From Catajapyx aquilonaris (Eukaryota): a DNA stretch of 37,405 nucleotides. The stretch lies in NCBI GenBank assembly GCA_000934665.2, contig JYFJ02003809.1:1-37405 (forward strand). Reading direction: 5' to 3'. The notes under the pieces were generated by a model. The model made no database searches and had not been told where the DNA came from. It saw only the letters and a program-made list of their open reading frames with translations. Positions 1 to 13,449 of the stretch are shown piece after piece. Every line of letters starts with the position of its first letter. The first letter of the stretch is position 1. A program made the position numbers and the translations under genes.

Positions 1-99
1 AACCCCGGGCTGGGATCGAACCCGACGTTCCCGCAGCACCACTTTATATTACTCCGTGTTGAAAACAAAATTTCCCATCATACATCTGTACGTACATTT

Positions 100-375
100 C
101 TAAAGTTATCCAGAGCAAACATATGGAACGAGGTGGGGGTGTGAAGTGGGGTTGGGGGGGAGGGGGGTCAAGGGGTCAAAAATGCAGGGGAAAAAACACA
201 TGGCTGTGCAGTCTTTTCCTGGGCCAACTCCATCCGCATTCCTCCTTTTCCACATCCAATCAGAATATCCGTGTCGACTGTACGCTATAAGACAAGCAGG
301 TAATCTATCACAGATATGTACCCCTATCTTTACCAGCACCCCAACATACCCGGGCAACGCCGGGTAACCTGCTAG
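100..375 (+). mobile_element. Non-autonomous Helitron-like fragment (3' end)
   Basis: Hairpin TACCCGG-gcaacg-CCGGGTA (347-366) followed 5 nt later by CTAG|T (372-376), the canonical Helitron 3' terminus. G-rich body upstream; the left boundary is approximate. Confidence 0.6.
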
Positions 376-744
376 TCTACTATATTTCGATGCAATTTCT
401 GTTCGATTGAGGCATTTTTGAGGCCACACGGCCACAGAATAAGTGTAGACATGTCCAATCCTGCTATGCTGCATGCACAAGTTTTTTGTGGTCATAGCCA
501 TGGGCTCTGATTGTTGTGGGAGAGATACGGGGCTAAATGCAAGTCTGTCAGGTTTGAAAGTAGGGCCGGAAGTGGGGGAAGGCGTCATGGCAATGGGACA
601 GGATTGTTGGAGAGGGGGCAACAAATGCCTTATATTGTTGTGCAAACAATTGGTAGGCTCACTTCGACAGCTCGAGCTGCAGAGCCATCTGCTTTACCGT
701 ATTTTTGCTACTGCGCGCCCTTAACAATACGGCCTCCACCATCA

Positions 745-836
745 CAGGCTGCAGGAGTAGAAACAAGCGAGTGAAGGGAGCGGCTTTGTAGGCCTGCGCC
801 CTAGAAAAATTTGAGCCGAAGCGATGGTTTTTCTAG
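745..836 (+). mobile_element. Helitron-like 3' end with double hairpin (copy 1)
   Basis: CTAGAAAAA..gagccgaagcga..TTTTTCTAG|T; alignable by eye with 25569-25660. Confidence 0.6.
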
Positions 837-842
837 TTTTTT

Positions 843-848
843 TTTATT
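843..848 (-). terminator. Candidate polyadenylation signal of ERMP1
   Basis: First minus-strand AATAAA after the stop codon at 1030 (about 180 nt downstream). Confidence 0.45.
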
Positions 849-1029
849 AAAATCGTAAGATAACATCCTGATAATAGAAGCAGCAGTTCAATCATTCTGG
901 TAACATAATTTGATTGGCTCTAGGCATAGTTCTAAGTGAGAGGGGGTCTAAAGAGATGGGTGGGAGAAAAGGGCAATCACAAATACAAGTCAAGATCCTG
1001 AAATCCGAATCACGCTAAGTACACATCAC

Positions 1030-4000
1030 TCAAAATCTCCATGATTCATACGTGGACGTAACTGGCAGAGGGTAACTCCATGGTGGGAATTTGCTGAGGA
1101 AAGACTTGAAACTGGGGGACAGTTGAGCTTCTCCATGAAGGTAATGGCCTGCAACAGCTACATCTACAATACCACCAGACTTTGGTTGCTTGTGCTGATG
1201 AATCTGGAAAGAAAAATAGAAGGTAAGTCTGCACATTGGCACGTACAGCTGGATTAGCTGAGCTCAGCAGAGAGTTCATTTCCTTTTTCTCTTATCGTAT
1301 GGGGTGCGGCACTTACTTTAAAATCTAACCAGAAGGTCCAGGGTCCAGATGACAGTCCACGTGAATAGTATACAAAGTATACTGGTCGACCTCTCATTTT
1401 CAGCCATGTGGATGGGACCTTTTTAGTGAACATCCAACCAGACACCTCAACTCCATCCGCAGGAGAAAAGAAGAATCCCATGTGGTCTGGCCCTGCAACA
1501 AGTGCCAATGTCACGCAAGATCAACCTGATGTTAAGTCCTCACTTACCTGTCATGTTGAAAGTCATTCTCTTTACATTTTCCGCAATGTCCTGCTGGCCA
1601 ACCGCAAGACTTGTGGGTTCATGTATGACTGGTCTGGGGCCCTTCATCCAATGAGAGACTCGAAGTAGCCTCAGAGCAGGGTAGTAATGGGGGAATCCGC
1701 AGTACAGTTCCCTGTCACACTCCTCCTTCACCAGCTTTGCCTGTGCCAGTCCAGGAACATGAGGTACAAGCAGCCGAGGACTGTTGTAGTCCGCATTCAC
1801 AATCCAGAACCCTGAATCTTCTTGACGGACTCGCCCCTCTGCATCATGAAATACTCTGTCCACATGCTGAAAGACAAAGAGTAAAACTATTAGTAATAGG
1901 AACGAAAAATCAAAAGTAAATATATTTGACGTTCCCGGCAATCAAGTGACTGTCACGTAATTATGCTCTTCCTTATGACATGTGGAACATGCCTTGATTG
2001 GCTCATTTAGCATTGAATGAATGTACAACGAATGTGCTCCTCAATACTTCACAGAACAAAGTATTATAAGGTGACTAGCATGATCATCAGTGATGAAAAA
2101 GATGTACAACAAAATGTTGGTCAAACTTACGTGCACCAATGCTCGCTGGGGTGTAGGGTGTTTTATATCTCCAGAGTATGGAAAACCAAAAGGAGTGAAG
2201 AGAACTACTGCAATGCTGATGGCAACCACTACACCTAATGCTGTAAACACCCTCTGCGGCTTTTCAAGTAACACGATCCATGGCACCTAGATGAAAGCAA
2301 TCATGTTGTCAGTGTGGCTTGAAGATGAATTACACAGACAATAATTATTAAAAATGCAAAAGTTGAAACAAGGAATGCTCACAATATAAGCGAAAGTCCA
2401 TAGAAGCACAGCCCAGGCCAAAAGTGCAAGTGCCACATCTGGATTATTGCTGGCACCTATTCTTCCCATCACAGGAACAAACAGAACAAACAAGTTCCAT
2501 GACAAGTAGATTGTTAAGAACATGGGAACTGTCAAAAAGGCCAGTTGCAGTACCACCCACCAACCACCTGGAAAGTCATCAACGAGGATTTACTACTTTA
2601 CAATACATTACGTTCCAAGAGATAAAGCAAATATGTATTCACTTGAACACTAAACATCAAACACTACAATGAAATAATATACCAGAATTGCCATTTTGTG
2701 TGCACCAAAACAGCAGTAAATGCAGCATTTACGAAATAGTCAGACCCATGGATAATCCCAAGGTTATTTTCATGCCATCTATTCTACTCCACATAATTAT
2801 CACATTAGTACAAGAAGCAAAGAGTTAGAAGTGTAGAAGTGACGCTTGAACTGGTAAAAAGTCCAGGAAGTCATTCCTCATTCATAACTACTACTGCGTA
2901 ACGTTTCATTGAGTGATTTTTTTCTCTATCTACATCAATATGTATGGATGTATGGATAAATGAACTGCATAGTATTGTGGCAGTAACGTGGAGATAATTA
3001 AGAGGAACTGCATATAGTAAGCCTAGTGCACTACCATAAACTCTCATATGCCCATCGGATGTACTTTTTATGCAGACAGAGAATAGTAGTGATGTCACAA
3101 TGGGCAACTACGACTGCCAACAATATACCTAGCAATTAAAGCCCTGAGACGTCACTACTATTCTCTTTAATACAGCAAGATGAGAAGAAGCACATCGATT
3201 GTCACAACCATCAGTGGCAATCGAAAAAATTATTCTGGCAATGAATGTATCCTTTATTTTGTTGCGCATTTTACTACAAAATAATACTGACATTTGCACA
3301 ATACTTCGGAGAAAATGCCAAAGAAAGGTCTGCGGTTCTGCAAGCTAATCAATAAAAATCACTGATGCAAGAAAATGAGAGTGAGGAGTACGACGGTAAT
3401 GTCAAGTTGATTTGCATATCAGGTAAGAGCAGATGTTGATATTTCCACGTGAAATATCAGTGTGTCACCTTCCACAATGTCAAATTTAAAAATAGCGAAC
3501 ACCCTTCAGGAACAGTCACAATGCACTTTCTGGATGGTATACCCGCACTACATCTAAACTTTCCTAAAATCTAAACTAATACCATAGCATCTCTTTTGCC
3601 CTGCAGATTATCAAGACCCTTATTTGTTGCAGCAAAATAAATCTAATTATCCTCCGTTATATACATCCTTAAAATGTTCAGAAATAGTAGTGCAAATATT
3701 ATAGGACAAATTTTGATGTGGGAATAAATTACTTTCATTATCAATGAATGGTCAGTTGGAAAGTATGCTACGGAAATAATCATGTAATTTTTTCTAACAC
3801 AGAAAGTATAATTGAATCGTGCAATACATCAAGGGCCCAATTGTGACCACTTCACTAATTTATTGAAACTGATAATGAGCTGTACTGTATTTGAATTTTG
3901 GCACATATAGATCAATTGAGTTTCCAATCCGCTACAGCACAGATAATTTTAGTTCTGTTCCAACGGGCGCAGGAAGAGTTTTAGACGGTTTATTTTGATT

Positions 4001-7000
4001 CCTGGCAAGTTCGGTTTTTCACACTTGGGCCCTAGATGTATTGCACGATTCAATTATTAATAGACACAAAAATTGAAAAGTGTACAATAATAACAATAAT
4101 ACTGACTGAGAGGGTGTCATGAACTTCCATATCTCCATGATGTTACAATAACAATAACTGTGACAGGAGATATACCAAAAGCATTACTAGATTACACTTT
4201 CCGGACTACTCAGCAATTCCACAGTATGAGCAAACAGGAGCTGTGTTTCATAAACTAATGTGGAATTGACAGATTTATGTTACTGCTAACATTCCCTTTG
4301 GAACAGGCTAACAGTGACAGGGATGGGATCCATTGCAGCATGTCAGTACTGCATGACCACATGTCATGTGTCTCAGATATGGGAGGAAACAAGCAAGCGT
4401 GGCCAAGGCTGACAAAATTTGATATTTTGCATTCCTGGCAGATTGCGCCACAGAATGGTTGTGCAGTATTTACCAATGCAATGCTCTAGTCAACCAAGCG
4501 CAGAGTTTAAGAAACATTGAACAGGCAAGGTGGAAAGAAGAGGTGAAATTAAGTTCATTTTGCACAGGAGAATACAACAGGGCTAACAGCTTGCAAAGGT
4601 AGCATTTGTCAAACAAATCAACCTAATATACTCTCTTGGAAAAAAAACAACAACTCATGGTTCAAGTTGCCAAGTTGTCTCTTTCAAAATGCATCTCAAA
4701 TCAGCCCTGCAGCATTCACAGCAACTGTAGCAACTGGTTGTTGTTAGTTACAAGCGAAGCAAAAAATTTTAAATGCAAATAAAAACATTTTAAAAATTTT
4801 GTCGTAAAAAGGAATAAAACCAGTAGGCCTACTCCCTGAGAATAATTCTTTACAAAGAAGTTGCTTTGTTCGAATATAAACATATGGTCTAGAGTAACCA
4901 AGCATAATTTCTTACTTAAATGTTCACTGGTTTTACCTGCAAGCAAAGCACTTAATTATTAATCTAGAATCAACTGTTATGAACTCAAAATCTTGACTGA
5001 GGTCTGTATTTGTCACTGTCATGCTCCCTGCAGATGACAGTTCCCTGCCTCTAATAAGAATAAAGCAATTAATGGGCTTGGAAAGTACAGTGCATGTGCT
5101 GAACTTTTTTTTTCTTCAGACCAGCTAGATTTCACACTACATCAGGATCACATGAGGTGTCATAGGGAGTACAGGTGGGCTGCATTGGAAAATGAATGAT
5201 TTCACTTTTTATAGTCCCAGCAAGCATTGCTCTTTGGAAACTAATCTATTGGAAAATGCCTTATTAAATTCCAAGAGCCAATAATGTATGGGTATTTGTG
5301 GTGCAAGAGAGTAGATTGTCATCGTCATCAGTCACCCACTTCGTGCAAGGTACACGCACAACAGGTAGCCATGCAAACGTATTTGCACAAACAAGTGACC
5401 AGTTCCATAATGTATGTCTTCCTAAATTATTTTACGAAGGCAAAGTTTAAAGACGACATCTCTATTGCACATGTATTGCACCACACACCAAAACCAAATG
5501 TACCTGTGAAAATGTTAGCATCACTTGTCATCTACAAACGTGATGTGCGTAGGGACTAGTGTAGGTCGAATAGCATCAATGCAGCTGAAACAAAATGTGC
5601 CAAAGGACTGGAACGCAATCAACACATAAACCATCACTGTGCTTGTCACAATAATCCAGACACCATAGGATTACCTACCTTTTTCTTTCACTCCAAACAG
5701 CTTCCGAGAAACCATTCTTCCAGCCGCAGGATATATCTGCCATGCAACCAGCAGAAAGGCACTACGGATGCCCTTGCATGTGAGGCTGAAGCATGCCACG
5801 GAGGTAATAACTCGCACACCCTCAAACAGCAATTCCTCGATTAATCGCATGTCACTCATATGCTTCTGCAAAAGTCACAAGGATAAATACTCACATTTTC
5901 ACATATGATCAGCGCTTTACTAACCTGAAAGTAAAGTTGCGCCAGAATGTGAGTGGTGACGGTCATCCCCAAAAGCATAGGGCATACATACAAAAAAAAT
6001 ATCCAAAAGTTGTACGTAAACCACGCCATGTTGCACTTCAGGAAGGTCACTATTCCAGCTGTCAATAGGTTCAAGCCCAAACCGACAGCCCAGGCAGTCA
6101 GGGAGGTCATGACAGCCATCGTCAGCAGCCAGATATAGCTGATTCTTGAAAGACCTGCCAACATAATCATAAAATAATTGGTCATGTGTTGAGTAACACC
6201 ACTTTTGCTGCATCAAATATGTTAAATTACACATCATTCAAAGTCGCAAGTTACAAAGTAATTTTTAATGCCTCTCTGCATACCTGCTTTCACAACAATG
6301 TGTGAGCTCTTGACGGTGCAGTAGAGTGATCCTAACACTACAATCACGTTGAGCACCTGACCCAGTCCAGATGGGTAAATGATCATAAAAAGTCCAACCA
6401 CATCATAAAAAATCATATCTCCTTTCTGGTATGCAGGTAAGTTGGCCAATTCAGGACCTGACGCCAAGCGCTGAATGAGTGCAACCATGTTGTCTCCTGC
6501 CCTTTGAATACTGCTGACAGGAATACGGTCCACATCATCATAACGTGTATGATAAATGTAGCCATTCTTGATATATGCAATGTCTAAACCTGGAAAAGAA
6601 TGCATGGAAATAACACCCAGGCAGTTACTAGGTAGTAACTAACATCACACATGCACAGCTTCTTTTTGTGTGATCATGGATCCCAAATCGCAAATTAATA
6701 GCAATCCTTGCATCAATAACTATACAATGGCTAACAATGTCCATCACAAAATAGAAGGCCCTGCACTAGGAATTGCATATCCACAGATCATGAAAGTATG
6801 ACATATAGAAATATTAGAATTATAAATGCGCCTGTAAATATTAATGTGTTAAAACATATACACACTTGCCCCTGCGGGCTTCCGCACTCCAGTGTGACAC
6901 ATTCTTGACTTAAAATTGTTCAAAGTAAAAGTTATCTCACTCAGATAGGATCAGGAGCTCAGGAAGTGGCTATCAGGAGGATGGGGAAGTGGAACCAATG

Positions 7001-10000
7001 TAGCATGGAGATAGGGTGGAGATTTGCCGATATGGTTGAGCAGAGATGAGAGAGGTGCAGCTCTAATTGAAGAAAGTTCAATCATGGTCAGTCCTATTAC
7101 ATAAGAACATGCACACTACATCTGATGTAATGTCGTAAAATTGAATGGCCCAATAAAACATTTGTCGAAACCCAGAAGGGCAAAGAAATCATGGGGCCAA
7201 TAATTGTTTTTAAATAGTCAAAACTAAATTTAGATACTGATACCCTACATCTAAGGTAAGCTAAATGTGCTTTCCCAATAGTATGTGGTGAATTTATTAT
7301 TTAGGTGTACTCGCAATGTAACAAGTGGCCCATGGCTTTAGCCGTTGTTATATTTGGCCATTCAGTTATGCTAGCAGAGTTTGTGCAAGTCTTGATTGTT
7401 GATTGTACTTTAAAACACCTTTCAAATTAACACACTATAATGTATACAAAAGCATTAATCAGCTAACCTGGAATGTGGCCATAATCTCTAAATATCCTAA
7501 AATCAGTGTCTGACGGAACAAGACCACTTTGGAAAATTTCTTGCCCAATGACTGAAGCAAATGGATGGGGAGCAACTTCTGAATAAGCCTGCAAGAAATA
7601 AATATTTTAGTGTCCTTCACTTGGCAATCTGCTACCAGAATATCTGCAATGATTGAAATCATGTCGAATAAATAATGGCATAGCACATGCTTCACATCTC
7701 TTATTTCCTTACCAATTTTCTTTGCAAGTCAAACAATCAATATGAGGTATAAAATAATCATTTGCAATGGTAACTCCATCCAGTTCTTTGCACAAACTGT
7801 AACTGCTTCAGCATAATGGCAGCTTCTGCAGGCCTTGAAACATGAAACTCTACTTGGGAAAGTTCCAGCATTAAAAATTATTCCATAACATGCAGGAAAA
7901 TGTTTGTAAGGCTGTCACAAGGAAAAATCAGGTCAGCTGAAGAGAATTTAATACTTGTAGCCTTTAAAAGTGATTATTTTCCTTCCTCCCTTGCTATTGG
8001 CATTAAAGTGGCTTGTGGTCCCTGAAGAACAGCACATCATCCTGCTTCACTAGTGCACACTTTACCACTAAGCATAATAGCAAAAACTACATTTTCATTT
8101 TTAAAAATTGCAATTGAAGTTATTAAACACACATGTCTTTACCCGTATAAGCCACGCATGTTGTGGACCTGTCTGAAACACCAGTTCCCTTCCGCCTGCT
8201 CCACAAGCTTCCAAGTTCACAAAAGCTTGCACATCCTTGGCCCATTCATGCTGGGTAATAAATCCATGGGTGGCCTGCAGTAAGTTTTCTTCTGCACCAT
8301 TAAATAAGAAGACTACAGGGAATGGCAGTGCTTCATCTCTCTGGCTCAGTACTTGAAGCACCTCCAGCATCACAACACAACTCACACCATCATCACTTGC
8401 TCCTTCAAAAAGAATTAAATTTACACACAGAAATTTCCACAAACCCAAGTTTCTCACCTGGACTGCTTGGAACAGAATCAAAGTGGCAGTTCACTAGAAG
8501 ACTGCGTGTTTCAGTTCCATTACGTGGAGACAACTTGGCAACTACATTCTGTACATTGTCATACTGAGAGGCCATTCCATCAATGAAAGCGAGATAAAAG
8601 TGGCCAGATGTCTTCTGAACATCAACGTCCAACTGATGTACACTGCTAGTCATCTGCTTGATAAAATTTAATTCCCGGACTAGAAAATCTACAGCCAGCA
8701 CTTCATTTGCATAACTACCAGTCGGACGAGGTCCAAAACTAGTCAGACGCATAAGGTGTTTGTGAGCACGTTCTGCTATAAACTTTCCTGGACTTCTGCT
8801 TGCATCCTATGGAAAAGAGAAAGGGATTGCACTTGATGGCATGCAAGTGAGGACTTCATCCCCCACAGCAATTCAACAACTAAAAAAATCTGACTTCCCA
8901 GTGTACATCACTTACTTTTCAGAACAAATTCCTTCCATTATTTCTAAACAAACATATTATTCCCACCATTATTCCCGCAATATCAGATTGTAACATGTGA
9001 ATTGCCTAGAAATGAATCCCTCAATTGATCAATGGCAAAAAAAAAAAAGCAGCACACACAGCCTCTAAAAACTTCATTATTTATTTTTGGTAGTTTATGT
9101 GTGCCAATCCAGTTCTGCCAATTAGTGTCTAAGGTCGGGTTGCACCGGCTCCCAGAAAAAAAGAGCCAGGATAGTTTGTAATTCATTGCTGACAACATTG
9201 TTGACACCAATGAATAACAAACTATCCTGGCTCTTTTTCGGCCGGATAAATTTTCCAGGAGCCGATGCAACCCGGCCTGAACTAATTGGCAGCTCTGGAT
9301 GACTTGGCACACATAAACTACCACATGATGCAAATGTGTTCAAAATATCCCATTTCCGAAGGGCCTTCGGGTTCAGCTGCATTGCCTCCAGTAAAACTTT
9401 TGTTTGGAAATTAGCCAGAAAAGTTTGGTATTCATTTCTGGTCTTTTCAGCCTGAAAATTTACTGCAGTGCAGTGATGACTCACTGTGCTAGCTAGTCAA
9501 GCAAAAGACAGCATGTCATTACGGTACTGGAAGACACTTGATTACTTATAAAGGTGCGTTTACATGTGAGCAATTTGATGAGAGAAGTCTTCGCCGAGGC
9601 TGAGTAACCCAAGTAACCAATATTGCTTGAGGCGAAAAACAATAATTGTTAATTTCAGCCTCGGCGAAGATTTCACTCGTCAAATCGCTCACATGTAAAT
9701 GCAGCTGCATTTGATATTAATGAATTTCCTCCACATTTAACACATCTGCCAATTATGTTCATGAATATCCTTGATGGCAGTTTTAATTCCTGGCAAGTGA
9801 TATAATAAATCAGCAACCCACCTTTATGCTAAGTGGAGGTGGAAGCCATCCATCCATCTGCCATATCAGTAGGAACAAAAGAATAGTGTAGCATAGTACT
9901 AGTAGAGCAGCCAGAGAGGGTAGGTTCTGAGTGTGAATGACTGGTTTTGTGCCAAAATTCTGTTCATTTCTTTGGTTTGAACCAGGAACTGCACCACTCT

Positions 10001-10025
10001 TTCCTCGGAGTCTCACCCCATCCAT
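1030..10025 (-). CDS. ERMP1: Endoplasmic reticulum metallopeptidase 1-like (peptidase M28, multi-pass membrane), 12 coding exons, 888 aa
   Basis: Exons 5'->3': 10025-9822, 8806-8458, 8402-8143, 7588-7468, 6589-6284, 6154-5925, 5865-5679, 2567-2383, 2286-2131, 1866-1548, 1492-1317, 1203-1030. All introns are GT-AG with matching phases and the total is 2667 nt. M28 motifs are intact: [54 protein letters not shown]. An N-terminal TM segment, a multi-TM block and a C-terminal GPDHM...VAGHY region are present. An acceptor (AG at 10034-10033) 7 nt before the ATG implies an upstream non-coding exon. Confidence 0.93.
3078..3166. mobile_element. Small palindromic MITE-like element
   Basis: Inverted ends AGAGAATAGTAGTGATGTC ... 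GACGTCACTACTATTCTCT. Confidence 0.5.
3808..4057. mobile_element. MITE with about 33 bp terminal inverted repeats
   Basis: TAATTGAATCGTGCAATACATCAAGGGCCCAA ... TTGGGCCCTAGATGTATTGCACGATTCAATTA, in the longest ERMP1 coding-region intron. Confidence 0.75.
7139..7367. mobile_element. MITE with imperfect 22 bp terminal inverted repeats
   Basis: AATTGAATGGCCCAATAAAACA ... TGTTATATTTGGCCATTCAGTT. Confidence 0.55.
9552..9706. mobile_element. Fold-back MITE, probably PIF/Harbinger (Tourist-like)
   Basis: About 50 bp arms: AGGTGCGTTTACATGTGAGCAATTTGA..CTTCGCCGAGGCTGA / TCAGCCTCGGCGAAG..TCAAATCGCTCACATGTAAATGCAGCT. Preceded by TAA; termini are shared with 27974-28115. Confidence 0.7.
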
Positions 10026-10339
10026 TGTAAATCTGGAACGAATATAACTGATATGAAACAGGTGCTTCTTTTCCTCTATTTCATCCTTATCACATGTACT
10101 GTCACTACAAAATCAAATTTTCCTAATATACAGTACAAATAAGAGAACAGAAAAAACTGCAATCCATAATATATTACCATAATATCATGAATGTGAAAAA
10201 GTGACAAGTAATATGATGCAATAACATTAATAAAAAGTCAGTATCTGACACTAATGATCGTCATGTATATGATACACCCCAGGTGTAAAATTACCATGTT
10301 TAGAATTCCCAAAATATCAACTAAAAATTGCCATTTATA

Positions 10340-10694
10340 CAGGGTGTATACTGTAATTAAGGACATACGTCTAGGGTGTGTAGCGGATGCCTAGAGAAGC
10401 AATTTGAGATAGGACACCCATCCCAACGGCACTAGAGAGCCTCCAATGCACATTGACAACCCATTATTGTAACATCCCCTTATTGTAACAAGTGTTTTCC
10501 TTTGTGATCATTGTTTAGTTGTTATAAACCATTTCACTCACTAATTGAACAATTGTTACGATAATAATGGAATTTTGAACGCCCTCTAGAGCTGTTGGAA
10601 TGCGTTTCCGACCATGGTGTCCTATCTCAAATAGCTTCCCTAGGCAGCCCCTAAACACCCTAGAAGCTGGTCCCGAATTACAATATACACCCTG
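10340..10694. mobile_element. Tc1/mariner-derived MITE
   Basis: TA|CAGGGTGTATA ... TATACACCCTG, with imperfect arms of about 100 bp (e.g. TTTGAGATAGGACACC / GGTGTCCTATCTCAAA). Confidence 0.72.
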
Positions 10695-11427
10695 ATATAA
10701 AAGCAATAATGCACAAATACCAAAATAAAATTTTTACAATCCCAACCATATTTTAAGGCCAGGCACAGATTTCAACATGCAGTGCAAGGTTGCAATCTGC
10801 ACTGTGAATATCAGATAGTGTGGAAAAAAATACATGATTATCTTCGCACTGGCATCACTTGATTTCAAGGTCTTTGAAATCAAATAAATCCCCCTCACCA
10901 CTACATGTGATAAACATCAAGTCTTCCATGAGGAAAGAAAACACAAGTTTATGCAACAGCCAGGCTTGTAATACTGTATCACTGACATCAATTTCATACA
11001 TGCAATTTAATGGTGACCTGCAGTAATAATGTAACTTAAAGACTGGACAACAGGACAATAATTATTTCAAATACAAATCTGAGTAAATTTTAACAGTAAT
11101 TATGACTAGAATGGCGTGGGATTGGAGGATGTTCTGAGCACTGGTGGTAAATGATCAGGTGTATTGGGCTATGGCAGTGGGAAGTGGTGTGTGTAAAGTG
11201 GCTAAGAACCTGGTCAAGGACATGGTGCTGTATTACATGCTAAACCCTTCTGTTCTCTTCACCCCCTGGGTATCTTACCACTGGGTTTTCCCCATGGCAA
11301 GTATAAATACATATAAAATGATAAAAATAAACAAGTTATTCAAGCCAGTAAGCTACCCAAGTGAGCAGACTAGGGGCGTATGTGCTTGTTTGTTTGAGTG
11401 GCTATCTGGCCATAATATAAATATATA

Positions 11428-11429
<2 letters not shown>

Positions 11430-11475
<46 letters not shown>
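11430..11475. repeat. (AG)n microsatellite
   Basis: About 23 perfect AG units in the ERMP1 5' intron. Confidence 0.97.
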
Positions 11476-11476
<1 letters not shown>

Positions 11477-13449
11477 AAGAGAAAACAAGAAAGGTGATAT
11501 CAATCTTGGAGACTTTGTCATAGGTAGATGTAGCACTACTGCCATGTTGACTCAACTGGGCCTTCCCATATTAAAATCTGTCCTGCTTATTACTCTATAC
11601 TACTATCCCAGGTGCCATTTTAAAAATCAGGTACTAAACTGCCTTAATGTGAAAGGGGAAAAAAAAATGCTTCATTATTTGTACAGAATGCACTGTGCTG
11701 TGCTGTGCTGTAATTGAGTCTAACGGCCTTTGTAGAAGAGTGTGCTGTTGACTCTTTCTATGCTAGCTTAATTTCCTCCAGACCTTTTCTATTGACCCTG
11801 AGCAGGCAAGAGTGTGAATGCTTTTCAGACACAAGTAATAATAAAAAAAACATAAAAAACCACCAGTGCAGTGGCTCCTAGGACTTAACCCCCTACCATA
11901 ATATGCTTGCTTACCATGGGCTTTGCTGTATAAATTCATTCGACCCACTTCTTCCCTCCTTATTGATGAAGTCTAGAAATAAGACAATGTTTTTTTTCTT
12001 CCAACGTCATAAATGTTTCCATGCACTGGTTGAATGATTCGCCTCCTGCTTCAAGGTTTAGGCTACTTCCATTGGCCAGTTATATGTTATTTTCAACATT
12101 TCTGAGGGCCATAGCATGAGCCAATTAGTTCCATGTAACCTTGCCCAAAACCCAATGAATGGAAAAAAATGTTGCACTTTGAGCATTCCTTTTGCATAAC
12201 TGTCACTGTTTCATGATTCCCATGGAGCTCGGTGTTTGCAACAAACAAAAGGCATTGTTTTTATCACCTGAATGTAATATCACCAGGAATGGTGGCATTG
12301 TGTAGGCAGTATATGCCTATACAATGCCACCATTCCTGGATTAACATATGGTTGCCATTCCCTGATTCCACTCCTTTTACAGGAACTCTGCAAAGGCAAT
12401 CAAGGGCATGCATGGCCAATCATGATCCCTGCCTTTGCAAGATGTGGATATTATAATGAGTCTGCAATTGCTAATAAACCGATGCAATATGTTTTAATTA
12501 CTATTTCAAAGTCATATTTAATGTTACACATAATGCAAATAAATGAGTCATTTAATATGAAATGTAAAAAAAAGGAAGAAATCACCATCAAGGTAGTGCG
12601 TAAGTAATGATGGAAATGGGCTGTAAATGAAGTAGGTTAATGGTCAAAGTAGTAGCATCAACCCCACATATTTGTTTAATTAATTAATGATTGCAATAAT
12701 GATTTGCTAATTTTCCAGTGCTAAAATTTCATTGCACAGTTTTGCCATGTTTTATTTCTATGCAATGGTCCATATCCAATATTATAAAATGAATCATGTG
12801 GAGCTAATTTGTTTACCAATTTATTGTTGTGAAACCTCCTCTTGTAATGGTTTCATATTTATATTCCCTGTCTCATATGTAGATTTTTTTTTATAAATGT
12901 CATCCAACCATGTGTCTTCTCAGATCTGCCTGTCGGCTATAGTAAATAAATATCTCTGCATGCTGCGTATGTGCTCTGATGTGTGTATGGCTAGGTTCAA
13001 GATGTTCTTTGTCTCTCTCAAGCATCTGGAAAGTATATTGCATTACACACACCTTCCCCCAAGCACCAGGCTGATAATATCCTGAGGAGCTTCTGTGCTT
13101 GTTGCGTATCAAATCGGCCTGTAATCTTTTACCAACAGAAGCACAGATCATGAATTATGTAAGGGCATAATTTTGTGTGAAAAAGGTGACGAAAGGTGCC
13201 TCTAATTGCAGATTGTCATCCATGGAGGTAACCATTCTCAATTGCACAATCTGTCGTTTTTTATTATCATGAGGGGATTGCAGTACGATACCATACAGTA
13301 ATAGCTGTAATTTAGTAACTGTGCATGTTATTTTCTTCTGGCATAATTAACAGCTGCAATAGTATGGCAACGGTTAGTGCGACCGTTTCCAAACTTCTGC
13401 GACTGTAACATGCCGTGCACACAAATGAATGGGCTACATCCTGACTCAG

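Noticed and set aside
1..30. Reverse-complement tRNA B-box (GGGTTCGATCCC); similar at about 32530
   Set aside because: No cloverleaf can be built; probably SINE-derived fragments and too short to call.
106..774. 179 aa and shorter ORFs at the window start
   Set aside because: They fall within Helitron-like repeat sequence and show no protein-family features.
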